NCBI GenBank assembly: GCA_963661975.1
Contig: CAVLDN010000003.1
Span: forward strand, 56,323-120,322
Source: a bacterium
GTDB taxonomy: Bacteria; Bacillota; Clostridia; Oscillospirales; CAG-382
Direction: 5' to 3'
Length of the DNA stretch: 64,000 nt
Shown here one piece after another: positions 26,002 through 37,013 of this stretch. Below the pieces are notes generated by a model. That model saw nothing but the letters and a program-made list of their open reading frames with translations. It was not told where the DNA came from and ran no database searches. Within the stretch, counting starts at the first letter, position 1. Every line of letters begins with the position of its first letter. A program made the translations under genes and the position numbers.

Positions 26002-26065
26002 GGGGATTTTTGCATTTTTTCACTAAAACGGCGTTAAAAACGGCGTTTTTTCGGTGAATATTCCG

Positions 26066-26893
26066 TCAATTTTCGTCCTCATGCCGTTTTTCCCGCGATT
26101 TTGCCTGCGCCCATAGCGAAAGCTTTTCCCCACGGCCGCACCCGGAAATATCCTTTCCTTCCGCCGAAGCGCACTCCTCCATCGCCGAAAACCGCGTAAT
26201 GAATTTTTCATTCGCATCGTAAAGCGCCTTTTCGGAATCGACTCCCGCAAGCCTTGCGGCGCAGGTCACGGAAAGCAGCAGATCGCCGAATTCCTCCGCG
26301 ATATCCTCCGCAGAGCCGCTCCGAACGGCGGCTTCCGCCTCCGAAAGCTCCTCCCGCACCTTTACGAATGCCTCTGCGGGCGCATCGAAATCAAAGCCCA
26401 GCTTGCGTGCCTTGGAACCGATCTTATCCGCGCGGACAAGCGCGGGGAGCGATTTTGATATCGATTCGAGCGCCTCCGTGCCGCTTTTTTGACCTTTAAG
26501 CCGCTTTTTCGCGGCGTCCCACGCGGCAAGCGCACCTGCGGCATCCTCCGCACGGACATCGCCGAAAACATGTTCATGCCGTTGAATGAGCTTTTTGCAG
26601 ATATCATTCACGACATCACCGATATCAAAATCTCCGCTTTCGGCGGACATATCGGCGTGAAGCACGACCTGCAGCAGCACATCACCGAGCTCCTCGCGCA
26701 TTATCGCCCGGTCATTTTTATCTATGCCCTCGACAAGCTCATAAGTTTCCTCGATAAGATTCGCACGGATGCTTGAATGTGTCTGCACTCTGTCCCACGG
26801 ACAGCCGCCCGGGGCGCGCAGTATTCGGATGATCTTTACAAGGTCGGCAAACCCGTATTCGCTTTTTTGAAGTATTTCTTCCTTTTCCGTCAT
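26066..26893 (-). CDS. mazG: nucleoside triphosphate pyrophosphohydrolase MazG
   Basis: 275 aa with tandem MazG domains (LIEETYELVEGI, EELGDVLLQV; EEFGDLLLSV). Confidence 0.9.
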   Translation of the reverse strand: MTEKEEILQKSEYGFADLVKIIRILRAPGGCPWDRVQTHSSIRANLIEETYELVEGIDKNDRAIMREELGDVLLQVVLHADMSAESGDFDIGDVVNDICKKLIQRHEHVFGDVRAEDAAGALAAWDAAKKRLKGQKSGTEALESISKSLPALVRADKIGSKARKLGFDFDAPAEAFVKVREELSEAEAAVRSGSAEDIAEEFGDLLLSVTCAARLAGVDSEKALYDANEKFITRFSAMEECASAEGKDISGCGRGEKLSLWAQAKSREKRHEDEN

Positions 26894-28581
26894 GCCCGGT
26901 TCGACCTTTCCGGCTTGAGCCAGCCGCGCTTTATAAGCTTATCGGCAATAAAATTACCCTTCGGCAGCAGGCGCACCTCGCTTTCGCGTATCCCGCGGAA
27001 AAGCAAAATCGTGCCGCAGTAGCTGATAACGAGCGTAATCCCGGTGACCAGCAAAACAAAGAACGAAGCAACACGCCCCTCCGCATTGCCGGATATCGCC
27101 GCGGCGATGCGATAGACGATAAATGTCGCGATTGCACTCACACCGCCGCAGACAAGCGGGCGTCTGAACATTTTCAAAAAGTGCAGCTTCACACCGCAGC
27201 ACCTGCGCAGGAAGTAAATATCGAGCGCCATGCAGACGGCATAGCAGGCAACCGAGCTTATCGGCGCGGCATATATGCCGACCGGCGTATGAAGCAGCGA
27301 AGCCTCGGTTATGACAAGTGCGGCGACACCGGCAAGCACCGCGATAAACGGAAGATGCGCCTTTTTGCGTGCATTGAGCAGCGAATTGCAGGTGGAAACT
27401 ATGGAAATGAAGAACACCGCGAATCCGAGCAGCGAAAGCGATACCGATGCCGCATCCAGCGGGATGGTTTCGCCGCCGTTTTTCATTGCCACGGGTTCAA
27501 GCCAGCGGCTTGCGCCGTAAAGCAAGGTGATGCATTTGCGCCCGGCGACAAGCAGCAGCACTCCGCAGGGGATGGCGATTATCCCGCTCAGCCTTATTGC
27601 CTGCACTGTCAGGCGCTTTGCACGGCCGCGGTCATGTGCGGCAAGCGCCCCCGAAACGGCGGGCAATATGCTTGTGGCAATGGGGAACACCAGCGTAGAG
27701 GGCAAAAGATCGTATATCGGCACCGAAAGCCCGGTATATGCCGAATACAGCCTTTGCGCCGTTTCGGCACTTTCGCCGTATCCGGTGAGTGAATTGACGA
27801 TTATAAGCGTATCCAAAAACTGTGAAAAATACAGCGCTGCAGCGGTAAGCGTAACGGGCAGAGCGACAAGAAGCATTGTGCGGACAAGCTTTTTATCGCT
27901 TGCGCAGTGCTCGTCCGTCATGTTCGGGACCGTCTTTTTGGAAACACGGCGGAAAACAAGTATGAAGACCATGCCGAAAAACGTGCCGACGGAAACGCCG
28001 CTTATCGCACACGCCGCCTGGACCGCGGCGCTTGCTCCCTGCTTTGCCGCATACATACAGGCGCCCAGACCGACGGTCAGTTTGAAAAACGCCTCGATAA
28101 ACTGGGATATCGCCGTCGGATACATATTGCGCAGCCCCTGGAAGTAGCCGCGCACCGAGGCGCATACGCACACGAAGAACAGCGAAGGCGCGATAGCCCG
28201 CATAGCCGCGGCACTTTCCGCGTGCCCCGTGCCGGTGGCAATGGAGGGCGCGAATATGATCAGCAACAGAGCAAACACAAACCCGACAACGCCGAATATC
28301 GCCGTTGCAAGGAAAGAAAGGCGCTTTACCTCACGTCCGCATCCGAGCTCGTTGCTTGAAGCGACCATGCGCGAAACGGCAACAGGCAATCCGCTTGTGG
28401 AAAGCATGAAAAGCATCGCATATATCGAATACGCGGCATTGAAGATGCCTATGCTGTTTCCCAAAATATTCGTAAGGGGTATCTTGTAAAGCACCCCGAT
28501 GATTTTGATTGCGAAATTCGCAACCGTAAGTACGGCGGCTTCCCGCAGGAAGCTGCGGCTTCTTTGAACGTCCGCGCTCAT
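26890..28581 (-). CDS. MOP-superfamily flippase (polysaccharide biosynthesis protein, YabM/SpoVB/MurJ-like)
   Basis: 563 aa with about 14 TM segments. The N-terminus ...FLREAAVLTVANFAIKIIGVLYKIPLTNILG is typical of SpoVB/MurJ-type flippases. Position upstream of mazG as in B. subtilis yabM. Confidence 0.8.
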   Translation of the reverse strand: MSADVQRSRSFLREAAVLTVANFAIKIIGVLYKIPLTNILGNSIGIFNAAYSIYAMLFMLSTSGLPVAVSRMVASSNELGCGREVKRLSFLATAIFGVVGFVFALLLIIFAPSIATGTGHAESAAAMRAIAPSLFFVCVCASVRGYFQGLRNMYPTAISQFIEAFFKLTVGLGACMYAAKQGASAAVQAACAISGVSVGTFFGMVFILVFRRVSKKTVPNMTDEHCASDKKLVRTMLLVALPVTLTAAALYFSQFLDTLIIVNSLTGYGESAETAQRLYSAYTGLSVPIYDLLPSTLVFPIATSILPAVSGALAAHDRGRAKRLTVQAIRLSGIIAIPCGVLLLVAGRKCITLLYGASRWLEPVAMKNGGETIPLDAASVSLSLLGFAVFFISIVSTCNSLLNARKKAHLPFIAVLAGVAALVITEASLLHTPVGIYAAPISSVACYAVCMALDIYFLRRCCGVKLHFLKMFRRPLVCGGVSAIATFIVYRIAAAISGNAEGRVASFFVLLVTGITLVISYCGTILLFRGIRESEVRLLPKGNFIADKLIKRGWLKPERSNRA

Positions 28582-28583
28582 TT

Positions 28584-29438
28584 TTACATAAACTCCCGAA
28601 GCAGTGAATTTTCAGGGACGAAGCCCGCATCGATCGGTTCCGTGCCCGAAAGAAGCTCTATGCTCTTCCTTGCGGCCGAATAAAAACCGTTGTTTCGCGG
28701 AATCTCCTCCAAAAGCTTTACGGCATCGCCGTTGAGGATATTGCGTTCGTAGCCGAAGAAGGTATTGACCGTCATATCCGCCGTCGCACGGAAGGGTTCT
28801 ATGGATTCGCGCTCGTTTGCGCGGACATTTTCCCACACGGCGTAGGTCATGGCGGCATCGTGCCCACGGTGGCGCGCATCTCGCACGAGCCTGCGTATAA
28901 AGCGGCTGTCGCTCCCGTCACCCGGTTCGGAATACAGATATATACGGTAAATATTCTTCTCGTGCAGCGTTTGAGGAAGCAGCACGGGATTGAGCGCGTG
29001 CAGCCCCTCCACGATGACAAGATCGTTCTTTCCGGGCGAAATAGCGCGTGCGTTGTCCGTCCTGATGATCGACCGAAAATCAAACGAGGGTATCTCGGCG
29101 GACAGCCCGGCGGCAAGCCTTTCGAGAGAAACGGTTATCATATCGGCTCGCAGGCTGTGAAGCGTTTCGATATCCCGCGTACCGTCAGGCATATATACGC
29201 AATCCCGCAGGTCGCGGTAAAAATCATCCAGCGAAACGGTATGCGCCGTTCTGCCCAGCCCGCCGATAAGCGCGGAAAGCTTCAATGTCGTTGTCGTTTT
29301 TCCGGCGCAGGAGCCGCCGGCGATAAAGAGAAAGCGAATATCGCCGTCCCGTGTAACTCTTTCGGCAATGCGTCCGAGCGCGCTTTCGTATGAAAGCTCG
29401 TCGGCGCGTATCATTTCCCTGATTTCGGAAGCAGTCAT
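28584..29438 (-). CDS. uridine kinase/PRK-family P-loop kinase-like protein
   Basis: ATG 29438 (MTASEIREM...) follows AAAGGA, 4 nt after the upstream stop. Walker A motif FIAGGSCAGKTTTT, then VSLDDFY...VIVEGLHALN. The track start at 29546 overlaps the upstream gene. Confidence 0.6.
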   Translation of the reverse strand: MTASEIREMIRADELSYESALGRIAERVTRDGDIRFLFIAGGSCAGKTTTTLKLSALIGGLGRTAHTVSLDDFYRDLRDCVYMPDGTRDIETLHSLRADMITVSLERLAAGLSAEIPSFDFRSIIRTDNARAISPGKNDLVIVEGLHALNPVLLPQTLHEKNIYRIYLYSEPGDGSDSRFIRRLVRDARHRGHDAAMTYAVWENVRANERESIEPFRATADMTVNTFFGYERNILNGDAVKLLEEIPRNNGFYSAARKSIELLSGTEPIDAGFVPENSLLREFM

Positions 29439-29442
29439 AAGA

Positions 29443-30921
29443 TCATCCTTTCGTGAAGAAACTGATCGCTTCCTCACTGCCGATCCCTTTATCCTCGCGC
29501 AGATATTCATACGGATATTTAGGGAAGGCATGGCGATAAATTTCATTGCGCGCGGGGTTGACGAATTTGCTTATCGCGCCCGCACCGCAGGCAAAAACGG
29601 TGGAATACTCCTCCATCATCAGAACATTGTAAAGATTCTCGCTGCCCTTTACCGAAAATCCCGTATTTTCGGCATTGCCGACAGTGTTCTTCTGGCGGTA
29701 GAGGTAATAGGGATAACGCCCCGCCGCAGCAAGCCGTTCGCGTGCATACCGAACGCTTTTACGCGCAAGCTCACCGGCGGGATCGTAAAAGCCGTCGCCG
29801 ATAAAGCGTATCGGCGCGGCGTTTTTTATGGAAAGCGTGTGTACGGTGATATTGGAGAAGCCGCAGTCTATCATATCCTCCACACTTTTTGCAAAGCTTT
29901 CGGAGTTATCGCCCGGAAGTCCGGCGATAAGATCGGCATTCAGGCAGGAAAATCCAAAGCCTTGCGCAAGCTCGACAGCCTCAAAAAACTGCCGTACCGT
30001 ATGCTTCCGCCCGATCCTTTCAAGCACGGTATCGGATGTGCTCTGCGGGTTCACGCTGATCCGCCGCACACCGTGCTTTGCGACAACGGAAAGCTTATCG
30101 CGCGTTATCGTATCCGGTCTGCCCGCCTCGAATGTGAACTCGATATCGCCCGAAAGGCAGATGTTGCTCACGATACAGTCGAGCAGCATATCGGTTTGCC
30201 GCGGATCGAGTATCGAAGGTGTTCCCCCGCCGATATATACGGCGCGGACACGCATTCCCAGCTCTCTTATAAGTTCGCTCGTGCGGCGGACATCCTGCAT
30301 AAGCCGCACGAGATAATCCGGAATCAGGCCGAAAAGCCGGTCGTTGCTGTATGAAACAAAGGAGCAGTAATCGCACCTTGTGGGACAGAACGGTATGGAA
30401 ACATAAACGGCGCAATCCTTGCCGTCGACATCGGCAAGCATTGCCTCCTCCGTCACGGCCGTCTCCACCGCAAGCGAGGCCTTTTCGGCGGAAACGAGAT
30501 AATCGCCGGTAAACAGCCTCGTGACGGTTTCGGCGCTTTCGCCGCGGTCGAGATAATACTTGGCGCGCTTTACGGGGCGCAGCCCCGTAAGGTACCCCCA
30601 CGGGAGCGAAAAGCCGAAAAGCCTTTCCCCCGCAAGCAGAAACGCTTTGCCCAATGCCCGCGTGGCATAAAACTCATCATTCATTCCGCCCACTGCCGGA
30701 GCCGTGCGCAGGTCGGTATATTCCGCCGCGGATTCCGCATTTCCGGCACAAAGCCGCACGCTCGCATAAAAACCGCCGTTTTCCGGTTTCAAAAGGAAAT
30801 ATGCCCGATTTATGCCCTCGTCGCCGGCGCCGAATTTTTCGCCGGGGAAATACAGAAGGCAGAGTGTCTGGAAGTAATAATCGTTAAGAAATTCGGTTTG
30901 GTTATCGATAAACAGCTTCAT
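29443..30921 (-). CDS. HemN/HemZ-like oxygen-independent coproporphyrinogen-III-oxidase-family radical SAM protein
   Basis: 492 aa with radical SAM cluster motif IPFCPTRCDYCSF. Its length and position after dtd are as in many Clostridia. Confidence 0.75.
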   Translation of the reverse strand: MKLFIDNQTEFLNDYYFQTLCLLYFPGEKFGAGDEGINRAYFLLKPENGGFYASVRLCAGNAESAAEYTDLRTAPAVGGMNDEFYATRALGKAFLLAGERLFGFSLPWGYLTGLRPVKRAKYYLDRGESAETVTRLFTGDYLVSAEKASLAVETAVTEEAMLADVDGKDCAVYVSIPFCPTRCDYCSFVSYSNDRLFGLIPDYLVRLMQDVRRTSELIRELGMRVRAVYIGGGTPSILDPRQTDMLLDCIVSNICLSGDIEFTFEAGRPDTITRDKLSVVAKHGVRRISVNPQSTSDTVLERIGRKHTVRQFFEAVELAQGFGFSCLNADLIAGLPGDNSESFAKSVEDMIDCGFSNITVHTLSIKNAAPIRFIGDGFYDPAGELARKSVRYARERLAAAGRYPYYLYRQKNTVGNAENTGFSVKGSENLYNVLMMEEYSTVFACGAGAISKFVNPARNEIYRHAFPKYPYEYLREDKGIGSEEAISFFTKG

Positions 30922-31370
30922 TTTCCGCGTGATTCCCGTGTGTCTATTATTACGTTTATGGGTCCGTCGTTATGCACGCATATCTCCATGTGCGCGCCGA
31001 AAACGCCGTGAACGGCGGGAAGCGATTCCGAAACGCGGGCAATAACAAGCTCGTAAAGCCGTTTTCCTTCATCATACCCCGCGGCGTGAGTGCAATCCGG
31101 GCGATACCCGCGTGAAGTTCGCCCCGCAAGCACGAAATTGGATATCACCATAACGCTCCCGCCGACGGTGATGCAATCGTTTGCAAGCCTGCCGCTCTCA
31201 TCGCAGAACACGCGCAGCCGCGCTATCTTTTTCGCAAGCTTTTCGGCATCCTCATCGGTATCGTCGTCATAGACACCGACATACGCCACAAGCCCCGTCC
31301 CGATTTCCGCGACGGTCTTTCCCTCCACGACACAGCTTGCCCCGTGGACTCTTTGTATAACAGCTCTCAT
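30918..31370 (-). CDS. dtd: D-aminoacyl-tRNA deacylase
   Basis: 150 aa with N-terminus MRAVIQRV.... 4-nt overlaps on both sides. Confidence 0.93.
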   Translation of the reverse strand: MRAVIQRVHGASCVVEGKTVAEIGTGLVAYVGVYDDDTDEDAEKLAKKIARLRVFCDESGRLANDCITVGGSVMVISNFVLAGRTSRGYRPDCTHAAGYDEGKRLYELVIARVSESLPAVHGVFGAHMEICVHNDGPINVIIDTRESRGK

Positions 31371-33574
31371 ACGCCGCCTCTTATAACATCGCGGACACCC
31401 TTTATCTTATGCAGTCCGCTGATAATGTTTTTGAGATGATCTATCCCGCTGCATCTTATGCCGAGCGTGATAAGTATCTCTCCTTCGTTTTCACGCGTGG
31501 AGACCGACACGACAGCCACCTTCATATCGTTCAGGGCAAGCGTCACATCGGCGATAATATGCGGCGAATAGTCGGCGAACACCGAAACGATCGCCTCGAA
31601 GGAGCCGTATTCCTGCCTTGCTACCCTTTCCGACCACGAAGCGACGACCCACCTGTCCTTATCCTCCGGGCGTGAAAGCCCCGCCTGTGCATTGGGGCAA
31701 TCGTATTTGTGAATTGAAACACCGTATCCGCGCGTGATATAGCCGATGATATTATCACCGGGAAGCGGGTTGCAACACCGCGCGAATTTGACGGTGCAGC
31801 CCTCCACGCTGTCCACGATAACGCTGCCCGCATTGGAGCGCGCGCTGATATCATAGCGCTTTGCGCCCGTGGGCGGAAGCGGCGTCACCGGTGCGGTAGG
31901 CTCGGCCTGCGGGGCGACAACGCGCATAAATTCCTCGCGCAGCTTCACGGCTATCTTGGAAACCGAAAGCCCGCCGTAGCCGATATTGTTGTAAAGATCC
32001 TCGACATCCGGAAGCGAAAGCCGCTCCGCGAGGTTCTTCATTATCTCGTTCTTCTGAGTTTCCGTATAATGCCTGCCGTAACGCTTTATTTCGCGTTCCA
32101 GCTCGGTTTTGCCGACAACGATATTTTCCGCGCGTCTTTCTTTTTTGAAAAACTGCTTTATCTTGTTGCGCGCCTCTGCGGAGCGGACGATCTTCAGCCA
32201 ATCGCGGCTCGGACCTTTGGAGGAGGCACTTGTAAGGACTTCGACTATCTGCCCTGTTTCAAGTATCGTATCTATGGGAACGATATTGCCGTTCACCTTC
32301 GCGCCGACCATCTTGTTGCCGACAGCCGAATGTATCGCATACGCGAAATCAATCGGAGTGCTGTTGTTCGGAAGGTTCACGACATCGCCGCGCGGCGTGA
32401 ACACGAATATCTCATCCTCGAAAAGGTCGATCTTCAACGGACGGAAGAATTCGTCCGGATCGTCGGTATCCTTTTCGGTTTCGAGCAGCGTGCGTATCCA
32501 CTGGAGCTTCGCATCGATATCCGCCTTTGCCTGTTCGCCGGATTTATACTTCCAGTGCGCGGCAAGACCGTATTCGGCGACACGGTGCATTTCCCATGTT
32601 CTGATCTGCACCTCAAAAGGTATACCCTCCTTGCCGATGACCGTCGTATGGAGCGAAGAGTACATATTCGGCTTCGGCGTGGAGATGTAATCCTTGAATC
32701 TGCCGGGAATGGAGTTGAAGGACTCGTGTATGATGCCGAGCGCGGTATAGCAGTCAAGCTCGGTATCCACAATGATCCTCACGGCATAGAAGTCGTATAT
32801 CTCATCGAACTTCTTGCTCTGATTATACATCTTTTTATATATGCTGTATATCGTTTTTACGCGTCCGGAAAGCGTGAATTTCATGTTATAGGCTTTCAGG
32901 CTCTCCGCGACCTTTTCCGTCGCGTGCTCCAAAAAGTCCTTATTTTCGCCGTAGCGTTTCTCGATATCGTCGCTTACCTCTTTATACCCTATCGGGTCGA
33001 GATAATAAAGTGCGAGCGTTTCAAGCTCCTGCTTGATCTTCTGCATACCGAGCCTGTGGGCGAGCGGCGCATAGACATGCATCGTTTCCAGCGCAATGGA
33101 GCGCTGCTTTTCGGGCGTGCGGACACTCAGTGTGCGCATATTATGAAGCCTGTCGGCAAGCTTGACGAATATAACGCGCAGATCCTTGCTCATGGCAAGG
33201 AACATCTTGCGCAGATTCTCTATGCTTTCGTCCTGCTTTGTTTCAAACGGGATATGCACCAGCTTTGTGACACCGTCGACAATCTCCGCGACATCCGCGC
33301 CGAATTCCTTGCGGATCTTTGCGAGGTCGATCTTATCCGAGCAGTCCTCCACCGTATCGTGAAGCATGGCCGCGCAGATGGAATCGGTATCGAGCTGCAG
33401 ATCGAAAATTATCTCCGCAACGGAAAGCGGGTGCACAATATAACTTTCGCCCGAAATGCGCTTCTGCCCGCTGTGGAGCTGCTCCGCATATTCGTATGCT
33501 TTAAGTATTTTATCGTAATCGTAATTGCCGGATTCTTTTATTTTTTCCAGCAAGACAGCAGCCTGTTCTAACAT
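31367..33574 (-). CDS. relA: bifunctional (p)ppGpp synthetase/hydrolase Rel
   Basis: 735 aa with HD motifs (HPLSVAEII, HDTVED), synthetase motif RFKDYISTPKPNMYSSLHTTV, and TGS and ACT regions. Confidence 0.96.
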   Translation of the reverse strand: MLEQAAVLLEKIKESGNYDYDKILKAYEYAEQLHSGQKRISGESYIVHPLSVAEIIFDLQLDTDSICAAMLHDTVEDCSDKIDLAKIRKEFGADVAEIVDGVTKLVHIPFETKQDESIENLRKMFLAMSKDLRVIFVKLADRLHNMRTLSVRTPEKQRSIALETMHVYAPLAHRLGMQKIKQELETLALYYLDPIGYKEVSDDIEKRYGENKDFLEHATEKVAESLKAYNMKFTLSGRVKTIYSIYKKMYNQSKKFDEIYDFYAVRIIVDTELDCYTALGIIHESFNSIPGRFKDYISTPKPNMYSSLHTTVIGKEGIPFEVQIRTWEMHRVAEYGLAAHWKYKSGEQAKADIDAKLQWIRTLLETEKDTDDPDEFFRPLKIDLFEDEIFVFTPRGDVVNLPNNSTPIDFAYAIHSAVGNKMVGAKVNGNIVPIDTILETGQIVEVLTSASSKGPSRDWLKIVRSAEARNKIKQFFKKERRAENIVVGKTELEREIKRYGRHYTETQKNEIMKNLAERLSLPDVEDLYNNIGYGGLSVSKIAVKLREEFMRVVAPQAEPTAPVTPLPPTGAKRYDISARSNAGSVIVDSVEGCTVKFARCCNPLPGDNIIGYITRGYGVSIHKYDCPNAQAGLSRPEDKDRWVVASWSERVARQEYGSFEAIVSVFADYSPHIIADVTLALNDMKVAVVSVSTRENEGEILITLGIRCSGIDHLKNIISGLHKIKGVRDVIRGGV

Positions 33575-35673
33575 CTGACGGCATCCTTGGTTTCTTTGAA
33601 ATTTTCATGTATCGAGCGCATTATCGGGGAATCATCGATATTCGTCTTTCCCGGCGCGGGTATCAAGCCGAGCGTCATCCCGTTTTCGCCGAAAAATTCA
33701 AGCGTTATAAGCCTGCGTTCGGCAAGCACGGCAAGTATCAGCTTCAGCTTGCAGAGCGGTATTTCAACCCCGTATTCGTTTGCAAAAGCCCTTGCGGCTG
33801 CTGTAAGCGAGGTTTTGCGGCTTTCATGCGCGGCAAATCTCCGCACCGCCTTGAACACCGAACGAAAATCGGCAAGCGTGGGTATCTCGGCGATATCGCC
33901 GTCGAACCGCCTGCCCGAAATAAACGCGGAGTATTTCTCGCCGCACTCCTTCAATAAATCGGTTTCGGTGCGCGAATATGCCGCATCGCGGACAAATATC
34001 TGCGGTGTGCGAAGCCCCATGTATTCGTTTATTTCGGCGGTAAAGGCAATGTCGAGCTTTTCACCCTCACGGAAGGGCATTTCCGTCGGCGGCATTCCGA
34101 ACCACACCGCGTTTACTCCGGCGCCGCTCCCCTCTCGGAAGACACGCATCTTGATATGTTTTCCCTGCGAAAGCGGGGTGATATCCTTTATAAATACATC
34201 GCGCAGAACCAGCACCGGCTGCGGGTTGGAAAGCCCGAACGGTTCAAGCCGCAGCATTTCGGTTATTCCCTTTTCGGTTATGTCCGAAAGGTCCGCCTCG
34301 CTTTCTATTTCAAGCGGGAAGGCGTTTTCGTTATCCGTCAAAAGCGGGGTTGCGTATTCGTTGACACGGCGGCGGAAGGCATCAATCATGTCGCACCTTA
34401 TCGAAAGGCCGGCGGCAAGCTCATGCCCGCCGTATTCGATAAACATATCTCCGCATTCGCTCAGCGCATTCATCAGCGAAAAGCCGCGTATGCTTCTGCC
34501 GCTGCCCTTTGCGGTATCGCCGTCTATGGAAAAGAGCACGCACGGACGGGAATACTTTTCGGATACCTTCGAGGCGACAACCCCGATAACACCCTGGTGC
34601 CACCCTTCCGCGGCAAGGACAAGGAATTTGTCATCCCTGTATTTGCTTTCGATCATTTCGACGGCGGCTTCAAATATCTCCTGCTCGGTTATCTGGCGTT
34701 TTTTGTTGATCTCGCAAAGCTCGACGGCTATCCTGTCGGCGGTTTCATCATCCTTCGCAAGCAGAAGATCAACGGCGAGCGAAGCGCAGGCGATACGCCC
34801 TGCGGCGTTTATGCGCGGCGCAAGGACAAACCCCACCGTTGAGGAGGTTATCTTTTTTGAAAACCTTCCGGGCTTTATCACACCCGAGCTGCGCATAAGC
34901 GCTTTCAGACCGTGATTTTCGGTTTTTGCAAGCTTTTCGAGCCCGGCCGCAGTTATCCTGCGGTTTTCGTCGACAATCGGCATTACATCGGCAATCGTTC
35001 CCAATGCAATTATATCCGAATACATATCAAGTATTCGCTCTACGCTCCCGTCGAGAGCGCAAAGCAGCTTGAACACCACGCCGACTCCGGCAAGCTGCAA
35101 AAACGGGTATTTGCTGTCATTGCGGTGCGGATTCACGACCGCCACGGCGGGCGGGAGCGTTTCGCGGCAGGAATGGTGGTCGGTGATAACCATATCTATC
35201 CCGACGGACTTTGCATATTCCGCCTCGGCAACGGCTGTAACGCCGGTATCAACGGTGATTATAAGATCGGTCTTGTCCTTCAGGCGTTCGATAACGGGAA
35301 GGCTCAGGCCGTAGCCCTCACTGAGCCTTTCGGGGATAAAGCATTCGCACTCTATACCGCGTGTGCGAAGGTAAAGGTAAAGCAAAACGGTGCTCGTAAC
35401 CCCGTCCACATCGTAATCGCCGTATATGCACACTCTTTCGTGCCCGTTTATCGCACGGTTTATGCGTTCAACGGCGGCATCCATATCCGTAAGCAGAAAA
35501 GGATCGTGAAATTCGATCTTGCCTGTATCAAAAAAGCATTCCGCCTCATGCGCGGTCGTTATCCCGCGGTTCACAAGCAGCCGTGCGGTAAGCGGCAAAA
35601 GACCCGCCTCCGATGCCAATCGCCTGCACGCCTGCTCATCGCCCTCGCGGACAACCCAGCTTCCGAATTTCAT
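33568..35673 (-). CDS. recJ: single-stranded-DNA-specific exonuclease RecJ
   Basis: 701 aa with DHH motifs (GDYDVDGVTS, ITVDTG, ITDHH) and a DHHA1 region. Confidence 0.95.
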   Translation of the reverse strand: MKFGSWVVREGDEQACRRLASEAGLLPLTARLLVNRGITTAHEAECFFDTGKIEFHDPFLLTDMDAAVERINRAINGHERVCIYGDYDVDGVTSTVLLYLYLRTRGIECECFIPERLSEGYGLSLPVIERLKDKTDLIITVDTGVTAVAEAEYAKSVGIDMVITDHHSCRETLPPAVAVVNPHRNDSKYPFLQLAGVGVVFKLLCALDGSVERILDMYSDIIALGTIADVMPIVDENRRITAAGLEKLAKTENHGLKALMRSSGVIKPGRFSKKITSSTVGFVLAPRINAAGRIACASLAVDLLLAKDDETADRIAVELCEINKKRQITEQEIFEAAVEMIESKYRDDKFLVLAAEGWHQGVIGVVASKVSEKYSRPCVLFSIDGDTAKGSGRSIRGFSLMNALSECGDMFIEYGGHELAAGLSIRCDMIDAFRRRVNEYATPLLTDNENAFPLEIESEADLSDITEKGITEMLRLEPFGLSNPQPVLVLRDVFIKDITPLSQGKHIKMRVFREGSGAGVNAVWFGMPPTEMPFREGEKLDIAFTAEINEYMGLRTPQIFVRDAAYSRTETDLLKECGEKYSAFISGRRFDGDIAEIPTLADFRSVFKAVRRFAAHESRKTSLTAAARAFANEYGVEIPLCKLKLILAVLAERRLITLEFFGENGMTLGLIPAPGKTNIDDSPIMRSIHENFKETKDAVRC

Positions 35674-35711
35674 GTGTGTACCACCCTTTTACATTTCTGT
35701 TTTTAAGGCTT

Positions 35712-37013
35712 TCAGCCGTTTTCTTCACCGTTTTCCGCCACCGTGAAAACGGCGGTGTATTCGATCCCGAGCGGGTAAATCACTCCGCTTTCATCTCCCG
35801 TGACAACGCGCAGACGTGCGGTATAGCTCCCGTCGGCATTAACGGTAATATTATTGTAATCGGCAATGACCGACACGCCGCCGAAATCAAAGCCGGAGAA
35901 TGCATCACGCGGGCCGACAAGACTCACGGTTGTACCGTCTTTGAACTCCGCCGTCGCCCCTTCGGGAAGATTTTCAATCTTTATATCCTTTGCGGATATC
36001 TTTATTCTCCGCAGCGAAAGCTCCGGAAGCCTGACATCGACGGTTATCTTGGAAAATCCGCTCTCGTTCACAACACCGTCGGGAAGGAGAGCGCTGATGA
36101 TATATTCGCGGCTTGATTCGCCGATAAAGACAGTCTCATCGAATTCAAGCGCAAATTCGTCCAGCGAATCGACAAGCTCCGGCGCGCCGGAAACGGTTAT
36201 CGTCGTTGCGGAAAGGCGCACGGTGACATCCTCCTGCGAGAATTTCCCGCCCGTGAGCTTTACCTTCACGGGGATGGTTTTCTGCTTGGAAAGAGTAACG
36301 GTCACATATGCTTCCGTTTCGGAGCAGGCTATGTATCTGCTTTCGATATCGTTGCCCTTTTCATCGCGCAGAACAATGCTTCCCTTGCCGCTCACGCTTT
36401 GCGTCAGCTCGTAATCGCTCAGGTCAAAATCGACATACGCGCCCGAGATGCGTTCCAACTCGGTCTTCGGGCCGGAAATATTTATAAACTGCGGGTTTGC
36501 CATGCCGGAAGCGAATGTTATACCTTCGCCCATGCGGTAATTGCCGAGATCGACCTCGACGGGTACATAAGTCATCTGTATAAATTCATCCACGAATATC
36601 TCCACGGTGGTGGAGGATTGTGAAACGACCTCGATCCCGTTCGGTGAATAAACCACGATACCGGCGGTTTGAAGCCCCGGCTGTTCAAGCAGCGAAACAT
36701 CGACAACGGCGCGGAAATCCGATTCGTCAAGCGCGTTCAGTTCGGAGCGCTTGCCCTTTGCCACAACGGTTATTGATGAAAACGTCTGCCCTTCCGCAAG
36801 CGTGTAGCCGTACTTGGAAACAAGCTCGCTTTCGCCTTCAAGCACAACGGTTATCCCGTTGAATGTGCGCTCGAAAAGCGTATTGTCGAAGCCCATTGCG
36901 TATATCCACACAAGCAGTGCGCCGAGCACCGCCGCGATAAGCACAATTGTCTTCGCCGCGCGGGACATCTTCCCCACTTCAAGTGTTTTTTTGGCGGAAT
37001 CCCTGCTTTTCAT
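35712..37013 (-). CDS. cdaR: YbbR-domain protein, CdaA regulator CdaR
   Basis: 433 aa with an N-terminal TM anchor and repeated YbbR-like beta domains. ATGA overlap with cdaA. Confidence 0.85.
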   Translation of the reverse strand: MKSRDSAKKTLEVGKMSRAAKTIVLIAAVLGALLVWIYAMGFDNTLFERTFNGITVVLEGESELVSKYGYTLAEGQTFSSITVVAKGKRSELNALDESDFRAVVDVSLLEQPGLQTAGIVVYSPNGIEVVSQSSTTVEIFVDEFIQMTYVPVEVDLGNYRMGEGITFASGMANPQFINISGPKTELERISGAYVDFDLSDYELTQSVSGKGSIVLRDEKGNDIESRYIACSETEAYVTVTLSKQKTIPVKVKLTGGKFSQEDVTVRLSATTITVSGAPELVDSLDEFALEFDETVFIGESSREYIISALLPDGVVNESGFSKITVDVRLPELSLRRIKISAKDIKIENLPEGATAEFKDGTTVSLVGPRDAFSGFDFGGVSVIADYNNITVNADGSYTARLRVVTGDESGVIYPLGIEYTAVFTVAENGEENG